64,000 nt of DNA from Patescibacteria group bacterium (GTDB lineage: Bacteria; Patescibacteriota; Microgenomatia; UBA8517), in the NCBI GenBank assembly GCA_026416845.1, contig JAOAEL010000002.1:47422-111421 (forward strand), written 5' to 3'. Shown here piece by piece: positions 21,411-30,685 of the stretch. Made by a program: the position numbers and the translations under genes. The notes beneath the pieces were generated by a model. It was not told the origin of the DNA. It saw nothing but the letters and a program-made list of their open reading frames with translations, and did no database searches. How positions within the stretch are numbered: position 1 is the stretch's first letter; each line of letters begins with the position of its first letter.

Positions 21411-21791
21411 TTATTCCCTTTTTTGGGCGCATTTTGCACACATGGTGGCTTCCGGCTCTACCATAAGCCTGCCTGTGTCTATCATCTTTCCGCAATCTTC
21501 ACATATCCCATATTTACCCACTTTTATCATGCTAAGAGCTTTTTTAACTTGAATAATTCTTTTATCAACCTCAGACTTAAGCGAACTAGTTATAATGTGT
21601 CCATACTGCTCAGCTGCATCAGTATCAATAGAAGCGTTATCAGATAACCGAGAATTATCCAAAAACGGATCAGAACTAGAAACATTTACTTTAGTTTTTT
21701 GAAGTTGAGATAACCTTTTTGTTAAGAAACTTTTAACTTTAATAAGAAAATTATCCTTAAAATTAATATTTAAATTTTTGTTTTTTTTCAT
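21411..21791 (-). CDS. DksA/TraR-family C4 zinc-finger protein
   Basis: C-terminal CEDCGKMI...CAKC four-cysteine zinc finger. 126 aa. Confidence 0.7.
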   Translation of the reverse strand: MKKNKNLNINFKDNFLIKVKSFLTKRLSQLQKTKVNVSSSDPFLDNSRLSDNASIDTDAAEQYGHIITSSLKSEVDKRIIQVKKALSMIKVGKYGICEDCGKMIDTGRLMVEPEATMCAKCAQKRE

Positions 21792-22387
21792 ATTTTATTC
21801 AATTTGTAAAAACCAAATAGTACCAAAAACAAAAATAACAGTGAAAAACTCATCTCTAATCTTGAATTTAAGCTTAACACATCTGGCAAAAAAACTCCAA
21901 CTAAAAATCTTCCTAAAAAAAAGGCGAATAAAGTTATAACCCCAGCAATTCCAATTCTCCCTGATTTATACCAAACAAATTGTTTATAAGATCGAAAAAC
22001 AAAATGATACAAAAAAATTAAAGACACAACAGAACAAAAATTAATCAATTCAGCAAAATCGCGTTTAAATCCAAGCAAAATCGCCGCTCTTGCAAAAAAA
22101 CACCACAAACAAGAAATTGTCAAAACATCAACAATCTCAAAAAACTTAACTTTCTTTTTCTTGGACTGGATATAAACAGATACTCCTAAACCTAGTAAAA
22201 CAAACCAAAAAATTGCATCTTTGTAAAAGTAAGACGGGATTAGAAATAACGAAGTCAAGCCAAATATAGAAAGCCCGAGAGAAAAAATTAAATTTTCTGA
22301 CAAATCTTCACGCAACCTTCTCCATAAGAAAAATATTCCAACAAGAGACAAAAACAGAAAGAAAAATATTTCTAACGCAAAATACAT
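21788..22387 (-). CDS. Hypothetical membrane protein
   Basis: 199 aa with 5-6 TM helices. Overlaps the dksA-like start by 4 nt, so probably in an operon with it. Confidence 0.45.
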   Translation of the reverse strand: MYFALEIFFFLFLSLVGIFFLWRRLREDLSENLIFSLGLSIFGLTSLFLIPSYFYKDAIFWFVLLGLGVSVYIQSKKKKVKFFEIVDVLTISCLWCFFARAAILLGFKRDFAELINFCSVVSLIFLYHFVFRSYKQFVWYKSGRIGIAGVITLFAFFLGRFLVGVFLPDVLSLNSRLEMSFSLLFLFLVLFGFYKLNKI

Positions 22388-22455
22388 TTTAGTTTTGAAT
22401 TTAATGATACAAATTTGACATTAAAACTTCCACCTAGTAACATTTCTAGTAGTTT

Positions 22456-22947
22456 ATGCTAGAGACTCCCCATGTAGTAGTAGGGGCCGCACTTGCCGCT
22501 AAAGTCGTAAATCCTTTTCTTGCCATTCCTCTTTCCTTTGCAAGCCATTTTGTGCTTGACACTGTACCTCACTGGAACCCTCACATCTCCACAGAAAAAC
22601 GAAAATTTGGTCACATTACAAAAAAAAGCGTTTTTATAATATCTGCAGATGTTATTCTTGCTCTACTAATTGGAACCGCAATTTCAATCGCAATTTCTTA
22701 TACACAAGATCCGAATCAAGGGATAATTTTTAATTGGAAACAATTTGCAATCTCCATGCTTTGTTGCTTTGCGGCAGTTTTGCCCGATGTGATAGAAGCT
22801 CCATTGTTTTTCACAAAATACAGATCAAAATTTCTTGAAATTTGGCTTAAGTTTCAAAAATCTATCCAAAATGATACAAATTTCTTCTGGGGAATCATCA
22901 CTCAAGTTTTAACTATTTCCGCCGCTTTGTATTGGATATTTGGATAA
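22456..22947 (+). CDS. Hypothetical membrane protein
   Basis: 163 aa with 4 predicted TM helices and no recognisable motif. Confidence 0.45.
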   Translation: MLETPHVVVGAALAAKVVNPFLAIPLSFASHFVLDTVPHWNPHISTEKRKFGHITKKSVFIISADVILALLIGTAISIAISYTQDPNQGIIFNWKQFAISMLCCFAAVLPDVIEAPLFFTKYRSKFLEIWLKFQKSIQNDTNFFWGIITQVLTISAALYWIFG

Positions 22948-22949
22948 CT

Positions 22950-23513
22950 TTACTCTTTTACCCTTTCAACATACTCGCCTGTTCTTGTATCGACTCTTAC
23001 TTTATCTCCTTTTTCCACAAAAAGAGGGACGCGCACGGAAATTCCATTTTCCAAAACTGCAGACTTGTACATATTTGAAGCTGAATTACCCCTGACACCA
23101 GGATCTGTCTCTGCAACTTTTAGAATCACTTTGGGAGGAATATCTACACCCAAAACTTTATCTTCCCAGAGCACAACAGTAACAGTTTCTCCCTCTTTGA
23201 TATAAGGAAGCTCATTTTCCAAAACATCTTTTTGCACTTCCAACTGTTCATAATTTGAAGGATCCATGAACACCACATTTGCACCATCCTGATAAAGGTA
23301 CTGAAGAGTACGTTTAGTTGTTTTTGCTTCTTCAACTTTGACCGAAGAAGAAAAAGTTTTTTCAACAACAGATCCTGAGATTAAATCTCTTGCCAAAACA
23401 CGCACTGTGGCTCCGCCTCTGCCCATTTTTATGAAAGTGTACTTAAGCACTTTGTGCGGTTTGCCATCGTGCAAAAACGCTGTCCCGTTTCTTAAATCAG
23501 AAGCGCTTATCAT
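22950..23513 (-). CDS. efp: Elongation factor P
   Basis: MISASDLRNGTAF...KPHKVL...KMGRGGATVRV aligns to EF-P domain I. 187 aa with a three-domain layout. Confidence 0.9.
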   Translation of the reverse strand: MISASDLRNGTAFLHDGKPHKVLKYTFIKMGRGGATVRVLARDLISGSVVEKTFSSSVKVEEAKTTKRTLQYLYQDGANVVFMDPSNYEQLEVQKDVLENELPYIKEGETVTVVLWEDKVLGVDIPPKVILKVAETDPGVRGNSASNMYKSAVLENGISVRVPLFVEKGDKVRVDTRTGEYVERVKE

Positions 23514-23606
23514 AAAATTTTACCTACCTCAAAGGGTATTTTACTTTAAAAAATCTAAAAATCAAAGCCAGATGCAAAATCCTTGAAATACTTGAATTTT
23601 CAAAAT

Positions 23607-24779
23607 TCACCTGTTGCCCTTTGCCCGATTGTGAGTTTTGCAAAGCATTTGACAATTTTCCATGGTGCTTCCGCCACCTTTGCTCCATGCCGTCACATGA
23701 TCCGCGTCCATTTCCGAAAAATCCCAAATCTTTATTTTGTTTGAATCATTTCCCAGCGTGCAAAGCGGGCAATTAGAAATTCCGTTTGCTTTTGCTTGCT
23801 GAGTTTGTCTTTCATAAACGGTTTTCTTTATAGCATCATCAAATACGCGAACATCAAGAAGGGTAGTGTCTTGCATTCCGCCTAGAATGTACTCAAAAAT
23901 GCCTTTTCTGTTTCTCACATACGGGTCGGCATAAAGTCGGGACACTTCCTTGGAAACTTCTTGTGGATTATAGGAGTTTCCATGATACTCTTCATACATT
24001 CTCCCCCACTCTAACCCGCACATTTCGTCTTTAACATCAATAAAAACCCCTGATACCCAATCGATAACCGTATTAAAGTAAGTTTTAAGCTCATCGATAT
24101 TATCATCATACCTGTGCCTGCTCATATATTCGCTTACATTGCCGCGGCTTACCCAATCTAAAGCAGTGCGCAAAAAATCCTGTCTGTTGACATTGCCTCT
24201 CACATACGCTTTCCATTTATTCACATTAGCATTTTGACTGTTGCTAAATTCCGCTCTCGCCAGAGTTACAAAAGGACCAGAATAAACAGCGTTCAAAAGC
24301 TCCTGCTCGTTAAGCGGCACGCCGGCAATATTTATTGTCTTGAACCATTCTTTTATTTCGCTTTCTGTGCCCTCGCAGATGTAAATGAGAAGTTTGGTAT
24401 CCAAAATTCTTTGTTTTTTGTCAGAGGACATATTATGAAAATATTGCGGATTTCCATGTTCATCAAAAATAGCAAATTTACCGGTAATAAATCGTCCAAG
24501 ACTAGTGATGCGTTGTTGGCCATCCAAAACTTCATACTTATCCTCGGCAACTTTATTAAAATAAATCAAGCCGATTGGGTAACCTTTCAAAACAGACTCG
24601 ACCACCGCCATTTCCTTTTTCCCACCATCCATGCTGGAGTAAATATAATTTCGCTGGTATTCCGGCTGAATTACCAATCTGCCTGACCAACCAAAAAGCC
24701 CCTTGCCTTCAAGCTCGTTATAGACAAAGCCCTCGCAAACTTCTTTGATTGTTATATCTGTGCGAAGTGTGGTGTTCAT
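23607..24779 (-). CDS. DUF262 (ParB-like/GmrS-like) domain protein fused to a C-terminal HNH nuclease
   Basis: N-terminal IQPEYQRNYIY and DGQQRITSL are hallmark DUF262 motifs. The C-terminus carries a CPLC...DHVTAWSKGG...NCQMLCKTHNRAKGN HNH/His-Me finger. Its start overlaps the upstream MTase stop by 4 nt. Confidence 0.75.
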   Translation of the reverse strand: MNTTLRTDITIKEVCEGFVYNELEGKGLFGWSGRLVIQPEYQRNYIYSSMDGGKKEMAVVESVLKGYPIGLIYFNKVAEDKYEVLDGQQRITSLGRFITGKFAIFDEHGNPQYFHNMSSDKKQRILDTKLLIYICEGTESEIKEWFKTINIAGVPLNEQELLNAVYSGPFVTLARAEFSNSQNANVNKWKAYVRGNVNRQDFLRTALDWVSRGNVSEYMSRHRYDDNIDELKTYFNTVIDWVSGVFIDVKDEMCGLEWGRMYEEYHGNSYNPQEVSKEVSRLYADPYVRNRKGIFEYILGGMQDTTLLDVRVFDDAIKKTVYERQTQQAKANGISNCPLCTLGNDSNKIKIWDFSEMDADHVTAWSKGGGSTMENCQMLCKTHNRAKGNR

Positions 24780-25894
24780 AATTTCCTATGCTTTATAAAA
24801 ATTCTTTTAAACAACTCTTTCCCGTTCATAAAAACCCCACGACCATAAATGCCATTTGGATCTTGGTTTACACCACGACTAGATCCCACTATCTCAAACT
24901 GCTCCGGATTGTATTTATCCAAAAAACTAATCGGCACGCCCATTATACCATCATAATCGCTTGGGATAGCCTCTGTGTACGACACCTCTATGGCATCGTA
25001 ATTGTCGTACTTCTGGTAGCACGCGGGATTGTTTTGAACCTTTTTGTTGAACTTTTTGTTTTCTTCCATAGTCATCAGTTTTAGGGGCTGATGTCGCCTG
25101 CCATGGTCAAGGTTGGTGAACCAACAAGAATTCCCTAGCCTTGTATAATTGCCAACATACCCTAATCTGGCAGCTTTTTGTTTGTATTTTTCATCAACTG
25201 GGAATCCTTCAGGAACAGCAAAAACCATATCAACACCATTACCTGTTGCGCCAAGCCATATTTTATTTTGCTTGATAAGGGGAAAAATCTCTTTATAAGT
25301 TATCGCATTCATATTACCGATTATCAAAAACTTTTTGTCGTAATCTATAAGTTGTCTGACATACTCTCTAAAAAGAGAAAACGGCGGATTGGTGACAACA
25401 ATATCTGATTGCTTCAGAAGCTCTATGCATTCCTCGCTTCTGAAATCGCCATCACCTTTTAACGGTTCCCACTCGTTGTGTTTGTTTTCTTTGAGAATTT
25501 TGGCTATGTCTTCCAAATCAAATTGGCCATTTTCATCAACATCGGCAACATCATTGACAATAAATCTATTGGCGGTAACTTTAGGCCTGCCTTTTTGCGG
25601 TGGAAGGGTAGGATCGTCGCCAAATAGGGCAAGCTGAGTATTGGCGACAGGAGATGGTTTATAGCTTGTGGTAATCAACTTTTTAAGCCCAAGTTTTTTA
25701 AAGTTTAAAACAAAGTATTTAAAAAAATTACTTTCAAAGGGATCATCGCAATTGCAGTAAATTACTTTGTCTTTAAAAGCGTCCGGGTTGTATTCAAGAT
25801 AGGCTTCAACCTCCTTTTGGATATCCTGATATTGCGTGTAAAATTCATCGTTTTTGGCTTTTTTTGCTTTGGTCAGATTCGTGTTTGGCATCAA
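24776..25894 (-). CDS. N6-adenine DNA methyltransferase (gamma-class; EcoRI-methylase-like family by motif recollection)
   Basis: Motif IV VVTNPPFS. N-terminal KNDEFYTQ...VIYCNCDDPFESNFFKYF block resembles the EcoRI-methylase-type family. 372 aa. Confidence 0.7.
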   Translation of the reverse strand: MMPNTNLTKAKKAKNDEFYTQYQDIQKEVEAYLEYNPDAFKDKVIYCNCDDPFESNFFKYFVLNFKKLGLKKLITTSYKPSPVANTQLALFGDDPTLPPQKGRPKVTANRFIVNDVADVDENGQFDLEDIAKILKENKHNEWEPLKGDGDFRSEECIELLKQSDIVVTNPPFSLFREYVRQLIDYDKKFLIIGNMNAITYKEIFPLIKQNKIWLGATGNGVDMVFAVPEGFPVDEKYKQKAARLGYVGNYTRLGNSCWFTNLDHGRRHQPLKLMTMEENKKFNKKVQNNPACYQKYDNYDAIEVSYTEAIPSDYDGIMGVPISFLDKYNPEQFEIVGSSRGVNQDPNGIYGRGVFMNGKELFKRIFIKHRKL

Positions 25895-25942
25895 ACAAAA
25901 ATTTAGGCATAGAAAAAATTAGGCATAAAAAAATTTTTCAAG

Positions 25943-26027
25943 TGCCCAGGGCGAGATTTGAACTCGCACAAGATGTTACTCTTACAGGTTTTTGAGACCT
26001 GCGTGTCTACCGTTCCACCACCTGGGC
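25943..26027 (-). tRNA. tRNA-Leu (anticodon CAA), type II with long variable arm
   Basis: Reverse complement GCCCAGGTGGTGGAACGGTAGACACGCAGGTCTCAAAAACCTG-(long V arm)-GCGAGTTCAAATCTCGCCCTGGGCA. 7-bp acceptor stem, anticodon loop CUCAAAA, T-arm GTTCAAATC. CCA is not encoded. Confidence 0.8.
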
Positions 26028-26094
26028 ATAAGCAAAAATCAATAAGCTTAACTTTCGTATTTTAACATTTGAGAAAAAACTTATAAACAAATTA

Positions 26095-27411
26095 TTAAGC
26101 TCTTGCCGTCTCTCTGCTATAAAATTTCACCTGATCACCTTTGAAAAATAGTTTAATGGAAGCAAGAGGCCCGTTTCTATGTTTGGCAACATCAAGCGCT
26201 ATGTTATTCATATTTTCGTCGTCTTCGCGATACAAAAACATCACCACATCAGCATCTTGCTCTATGCTCCCACTCTCTCTAAGATCCGCAAGTTGAGGTT
26301 TTTTCTCCCCCCTGTGTTCCACAGCTCTTGAGAGTTGGGAAAGCGCAAGAACAGGAATTTTAAGTTCCCTTGCCAAATTTTTAAGCCCCTGTGAGATTTC
26401 GCCTACTTCTTGCACACGATTTTCTAAATTCCTGCTTCTGGCAAGTTGCAAATAATCAACTATCAAAAGCTCAAGCCCCTGTTCCACCTGAAGCCTGCGA
26501 GCGCGACTTCGCATCTCAAGTATGGATAATGCCGGAGTATCGTCTATAAAAATAGGAGCGTCATACAATATTCCCATTGCTTCGGATAATTTTGCAAATT
26601 CGTCTTCTGTGAGCCTGCCGGTTTTTAATTTCCAAGAGTCTATCTCCGCATGGGCAACCAAAAGCCTGTCATTAAGCTCTTCCTTGCTCATTTCCAAAGA
26701 AAAAAAACCAACAGGCTTTTTGTTTTTTACTGCCACATAAGAAGCTATATTAAGGGCAAGGGCAGTCTTCCCTACACCCGGTCTTGCCGCAAGAATTATG
26801 AGATTAGAAGGTTGCAATCCTGATAATGTTTTATCCAAATCAGCAAAGCCCGTTGCCACCCCGCGCATTTCTCCGGGATTTTTATAAAGCTCATCCAATC
26901 TGTCAAAACTAACAGTCAAAACATTTTTTATATGCTCAAAACCCTTGGAAGAACTTTGCGTGGATAATGAATAAACTTCAGACTCAGCTTTGTCCAAAAG
27001 CTCAGAAACGCTCATGCTGTCATCTGTGGACATCTCCACAAGCTTGCTTGCGGTTTTTAGAAGAGATCTTTTTATGGCAAAATCCCGAACAATCCTGCCA
27101 TAATGCTCAACGTGAGCGGTTGTGGGAACCTTGTTTGATAAGTCAGTCAAAAATGTTAAACCACCTATCGATTTTAGAAGCTTCTTTTTTTTAAGCCGCT
27201 CAGAAATTGTCAAAACATCAATTGGAATTCTTTCGTCAAAAAGCTCAAGCGCCACAAGGTAAACTTCTTTAAGCCTGCCGTCATAAAAATCATCAGGAGA
27301 CAAAAACTCCGCCACCGCAACAATTGCGTCTTTATCCAAAAGCAAGGACCCAACAACAGACTCCTCTGCTTCCTGAGAATGCGGAGGTATTCGTGGTGAT
27401 TTGTCAGCCAT
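26095..27411 (-). CDS. dnaB: Replicative DNA helicase DnaB
   Basis: N-terminal DnaB domain (PHSQEAEESVVGSLL), Walker A ARPGVGKTALALN and RecA-like C-terminal motifs. 438 aa. Confidence 0.9.
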   Translation of the reverse strand: MADKSPRIPPHSQEAEESVVGSLLLDKDAIVAVAEFLSPDDFYDGRLKEVYLVALELFDERIPIDVLTISERLKKKKLLKSIGGLTFLTDLSNKVPTTAHVEHYGRIVRDFAIKRSLLKTASKLVEMSTDDSMSVSELLDKAESEVYSLSTQSSSKGFEHIKNVLTVSFDRLDELYKNPGEMRGVATGFADLDKTLSGLQPSNLIILAARPGVGKTALALNIASYVAVKNKKPVGFFSLEMSKEELNDRLLVAHAEIDSWKLKTGRLTEDEFAKLSEAMGILYDAPIFIDDTPALSILEMRSRARRLQVEQGLELLIVDYLQLARSRNLENRVQEVGEISQGLKNLARELKIPVLALSQLSRAVEHRGEKKPQLADLRESGSIEQDADVVMFLYREDDENMNNIALDVAKHRNGPLASIKLFFKGDQVKFYSRETARA

Positions 27412-27486
27412 AATACTTTTTACAAAAATTACAAAAAAGCTTATTCTTCAGGGCAGATTAGAAGAAACAACCTAAAAATCAAATTA

Positions 27487-28170
27487 TCACTTTCTATTGA
27501 AGATAACAATTTTTCTCTCTTCGGCGACATCGGATTTTTTTATAGAAAGTTTGTCTAAAGTTTCAACCGGCATGGCGTAAGCCTTCACAAACTCGGAGAC
27601 TTCTTCCAGCATTCCAAATGCGCTTTGCGATAAACCCTCAGATTTATAATGCATCGGCACAACTATTGGAGCGTCTATGTCTTGCGCCACCTTTGCCGCC
27701 ACTTCTGAGTCTATGGTATAGACTCCGCCCGTGGGTATAAGCAATATATCTATAGATCCCATCTCTTCTATTAACTGATCGCTTAAAACATGCCCCAAAT
27801 CTCCCAAATGAGCAATCCTAAAACCATCTATTTCAATAACAAAAATTGTGTTTTTACCTCTAAGCTCTCCTTTCTTATCATCATGATATGAGGGAAATCC
27901 AAGAAAAGACACTCCCATAACTTCATACTCTCCAGGCGCGTCAATCACTTTTTTGGCATTTGCCACTCCCTGCAAATAATTATGATCCGCGTGCTGATGA
28001 GAAACGCAAACAATATCCGCTTCGGTTGTAGGAAATTTAATGCCAACAAAAGCAGGATCAAAAGGATCTGTAACTACTGTCGCGCTTTTGCCTTTTAATT
28101 TAAAGGATGAATGCCCCAAATAAGTAATATCCATACAAAAAATTACAAATCTTAAGATGCATAGTATCAA
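27487..28170 (-). CDS. MBL-fold metallo-hydrolase
   Basis: HQHADHNY metal-binding motif. 227 aa. Confidence 0.7.
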   Translation of the reverse strand: MILCILRFVIFCMDITYLGHSSFKLKGKSATVVTDPFDPAFVGIKFPTTEADIVCVSHQHADHNYLQGVANAKKVIDAPGEYEVMGVSFLGFPSYHDDKKGELRGKNTIFVIEIDGFRIAHLGDLGHVLSDQLIEEMGSIDILLIPTGGVYTIDSEVAAKVAQDIDAPIVVPMHYKSEGLSQSAFGMLEEVSEFVKAYAMPVETLDKLSIKKSDVAEERKIVIFNRK

Positions 28171-28273
28171 AACAAAAATTACAGAACAAGCTTAAGTTTT
28201 TTGTGTGACCACAAAACAAGATATAAAAGATATAATTTGTAAATACTAACCTTTATCTGATATAGTACTCAAG

Positions 28274-29314
28274 GTGCTATATTCTTTAAAGCACTTAATT
28301 AAGATGCGAAAAGAAGCATTGTTTGCAGTTTTGGCAGGAATTTTGCTGGGAATTGTAGTAGCCTTTGGTATATGGAGAACAAATAATGCTCTTGTTAAAA
28401 CGCAAACCAACAAATTTTTGACAGAAGAAAGTTCTCAAGTTCAACAATCTGCCACTAAAACTTCCAAAATACCCAACATCAACAGCCAAATTGTAATTGC
28501 TTACCCAAACAATCTAGATGTGTTTACGTACGAAACAGTCAACATTAAAGGTTTAGCCACACCAAATTCCAAAATTGTCATTTCAAACAACCAAAATGAC
28601 TATATAACAACAACAGACACTCAAGGCGCGTTTAACCAAGAAATCAGTTTAGACGGAGGTGAAAACAAAATTACAATTGCAATCCCCGAAAGCCACCAAA
28701 TAAACATGACAGTTTTTTATTCAAGCGAACTGCAAAAACAATTAAGTCAAAGTCCAAATACAGCTACACAAAGTGCTGAACAAAAAGCTCAAGAAAAAGC
28801 AAAATTTGCCGAATTAAAAATCAAGGCTTTTATGGGAACAATCACTGACAAATCAGATACCTATCTGCAAATGAAAAACTTGGACGGAACAATACAAATA
28901 ATCGGCATTGATGATAAAACAACCGCAATAAATGAAAAAACAAGAAAAACAATTGCAAAAACTGACATTGCCATTGGAGATTATGTTGTCGTTTTGGGAT
29001 CTAACATAGAAGATAAAGAAATTAAAGCTTTAAGAATAATTGTTTCATCTTACCAAGAAACAGAAAGTGTCAAATTCATAAAAGCTAGTGTGACAAAAAC
29101 CGCAAAAAACTTGCTTGAAATTAAAATTGGCGAAGATAAAAAAATGACACTTATTCCAACTAAAAACGCGAAAATAAAATCTGAAACAGAAGATCGGACA
29201 AATTACAAACCAATTAAACTAACAGATATAAAAACTAACAACACAATTATCGCCGTTGGACAAGAAAAAAAAGATGAATTTGAAGCAAGAACAATATTTA
29301 GGTTAATGTACTAA
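28274..29314 (+). CDS. Hypothetical N-terminally anchored extracytoplasmic protein
   Basis: Single N-terminal TM (ALFAVLAGILLGIVVAFGIW) then a beta-rich, Ig-like composition. The true start is probably the internal Met at about 28304. Confidence 0.45.
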   Translation: MLYSLKHLIKMRKEALFAVLAGILLGIVVAFGIWRTNNALVKTQTNKFLTEESSQVQQSATKTSKIPNINSQIVIAYPNNLDVFTYETVNIKGLATPNSKIVISNNQNDYITTTDTQGAFNQEISLDGGENKITIAIPESHQINMTVFYSSELQKQLSQSPNTATQSAEQKAQEKAKFAELKIKAFMGTITDKSDTYLQMKNLDGTIQIIGIDDKTTAINEKTRKTIAKTDIAIGDYVVVLGSNIEDKEIKALRIIVSSYQETESVKFIKASVTKTAKNLLEIKIGEDKKMTLIPTKNAKIKSETEDRTNYKPIKLTDIKTNNTIIAVGQEKKDEFEARTIFRLMY

Positions 29315-29390
29315 AAACAAAACACAAAAAGATAATGTCTATTCGTTTTGTTTTGAAATAAGCTTTTGATCGAAAACTGTAGTTGTTATA

Positions 29391-30650
29391 ATGACACCTA
29401 TGCTTACAAATCTTCAAACTCTAAAAGGATTTCGCGATTTTTTGCCAAATGAAGCAAGAAAAAGAGCTTACGCAATAGATGTGATAAAACAAGTTTTTGA
29501 AAATCACGGCTTTGAGCCCATAGAAACCCCTGCTTTAGAATATCAAGAACTTTTACTCGGAAAATATGGGAGCGAAGCTGATAAACTAATCTATAAATTC
29601 AAAGATAATGGTGGCAGGGATATTGCCCTTCGTTATGATCAAACAGTGCCTGCAGCTCGCGTTTTGGCAATGTATAACCAAAATCTTCCAATGCCTTTTC
29701 GACGATATCAAATTCAAACAGTCTGGAGAGCAGAAAACACTCAAAAAGGAAGATACAGAGAATTTTTGCAATGCGACGCGGATATTTTTGGCAGCCATGA
29801 TCCACTCGCCGATGCAGAGTGTATATTTCTTGCCTATGCGATTTACAAAAAACTAGGATTTAATGAATTAACAATCTATTTAAACGACAGAAACATACTT
29901 TTTGATATATTAGAACAAGTAGGAATTAGCCAAAGTTTGCAACTTTCAGTCATTCAGACTATAGATAAACTTGACAAAAAACAAAAAGATGAAGTAGCAA
30001 GTGAACTTTCACAAAAAGGGCTAAGCGCAAAAACAATTGACAATTTATTTGAACTCCTGAAGTACCAAGCCCCAAGCGATTATCTTCAAAAAGTGATAAA
30101 ACACTCTAAAGCTTTAGGTGTGCCAGAGAATTCGATAGCCTTTTTTCCAGCTCTTGCTCGCGGGCTTGACTACTACACTAGCACGATTTTTGAAATCAAA
30201 GCCAAAGGCTACGAATCAGGATCCTTACTTGGGGGAGGACGCTATGACAAGCTCATTGCAAATTTATGCGGCATTGACATTCCAGCAGTTGGTTTTGCAA
30301 TTGGATTTGATAGAACAATTGATGCGATGACTCAACTTAATTTATTCAATCAAAGCGCAGGTAATTTAGGAACTTTGGTTGCAGTATTCTCAGAAAACTT
30401 GCTAGAAAAATCTATAGAAATTGTAAATCTGTTAAGAAATCAGAATATCAGCGCAGAAATTTATCCAGATGTATCAACAAAACTTGACAAACAGTTAAAG
30501 TATGCCGATAAAAAGGGATTGACGTGGTTTATTGTAGTAGGACCATCTGAAGCGGAAAAAGATACCGCAATCATCAAAAATCTAAAAACTGGACATCAAG
30601 AAGAAGTAAAAGCAAAAGAAATTTGCAAAAAGATAAATCAATTTTCTTAA
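29391..30650 (+). CDS. hisS: Histidine--tRNA ligase
   Basis: GFRDFLP, class II motif 2 (RRYQIQTVWRAE) and a C-terminal anticodon-binding domain. 419 aa. Confidence 0.9.
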   Translation: MTPMLTNLQTLKGFRDFLPNEARKRAYAIDVIKQVFENHGFEPIETPALEYQELLLGKYGSEADKLIYKFKDNGGRDIALRYDQTVPAARVLAMYNQNLPMPFRRYQIQTVWRAENTQKGRYREFLQCDADIFGSHDPLADAECIFLAYAIYKKLGFNELTIYLNDRNILFDILEQVGISQSLQLSVIQTIDKLDKKQKDEVASELSQKGLSAKTIDNLFELLKYQAPSDYLQKVIKHSKALGVPENSIAFFPALARGLDYYTSTIFEIKAKGYESGSLLGGGRYDKLIANLCGIDIPAVGFAIGFDRTIDAMTQLNLFNQSAGNLGTLVAVFSENLLEKSIEIVNLLRNQNISAEIYPDVSTKLDKQLKYADKKGLTWFIVVGPSEAEKDTAIIKNLKTGHQEEVKAKEICKKINQFS

Positions 30651-30685
30651 AAAACTAAAAAAACAAACTTGCGGTTAATAATTTC

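Noticed and set aside
23524-25942. Direct repeat of the tRNA-Leu 3' end that would delimit an integrated island (attL/attR)
   Set aside because: Only a weak, gapped resemblance (TGCCC..G.C.GA.T.TGA near 23625) was found by eye. That is insufficient to call an att site, so island boundaries remain undefined.
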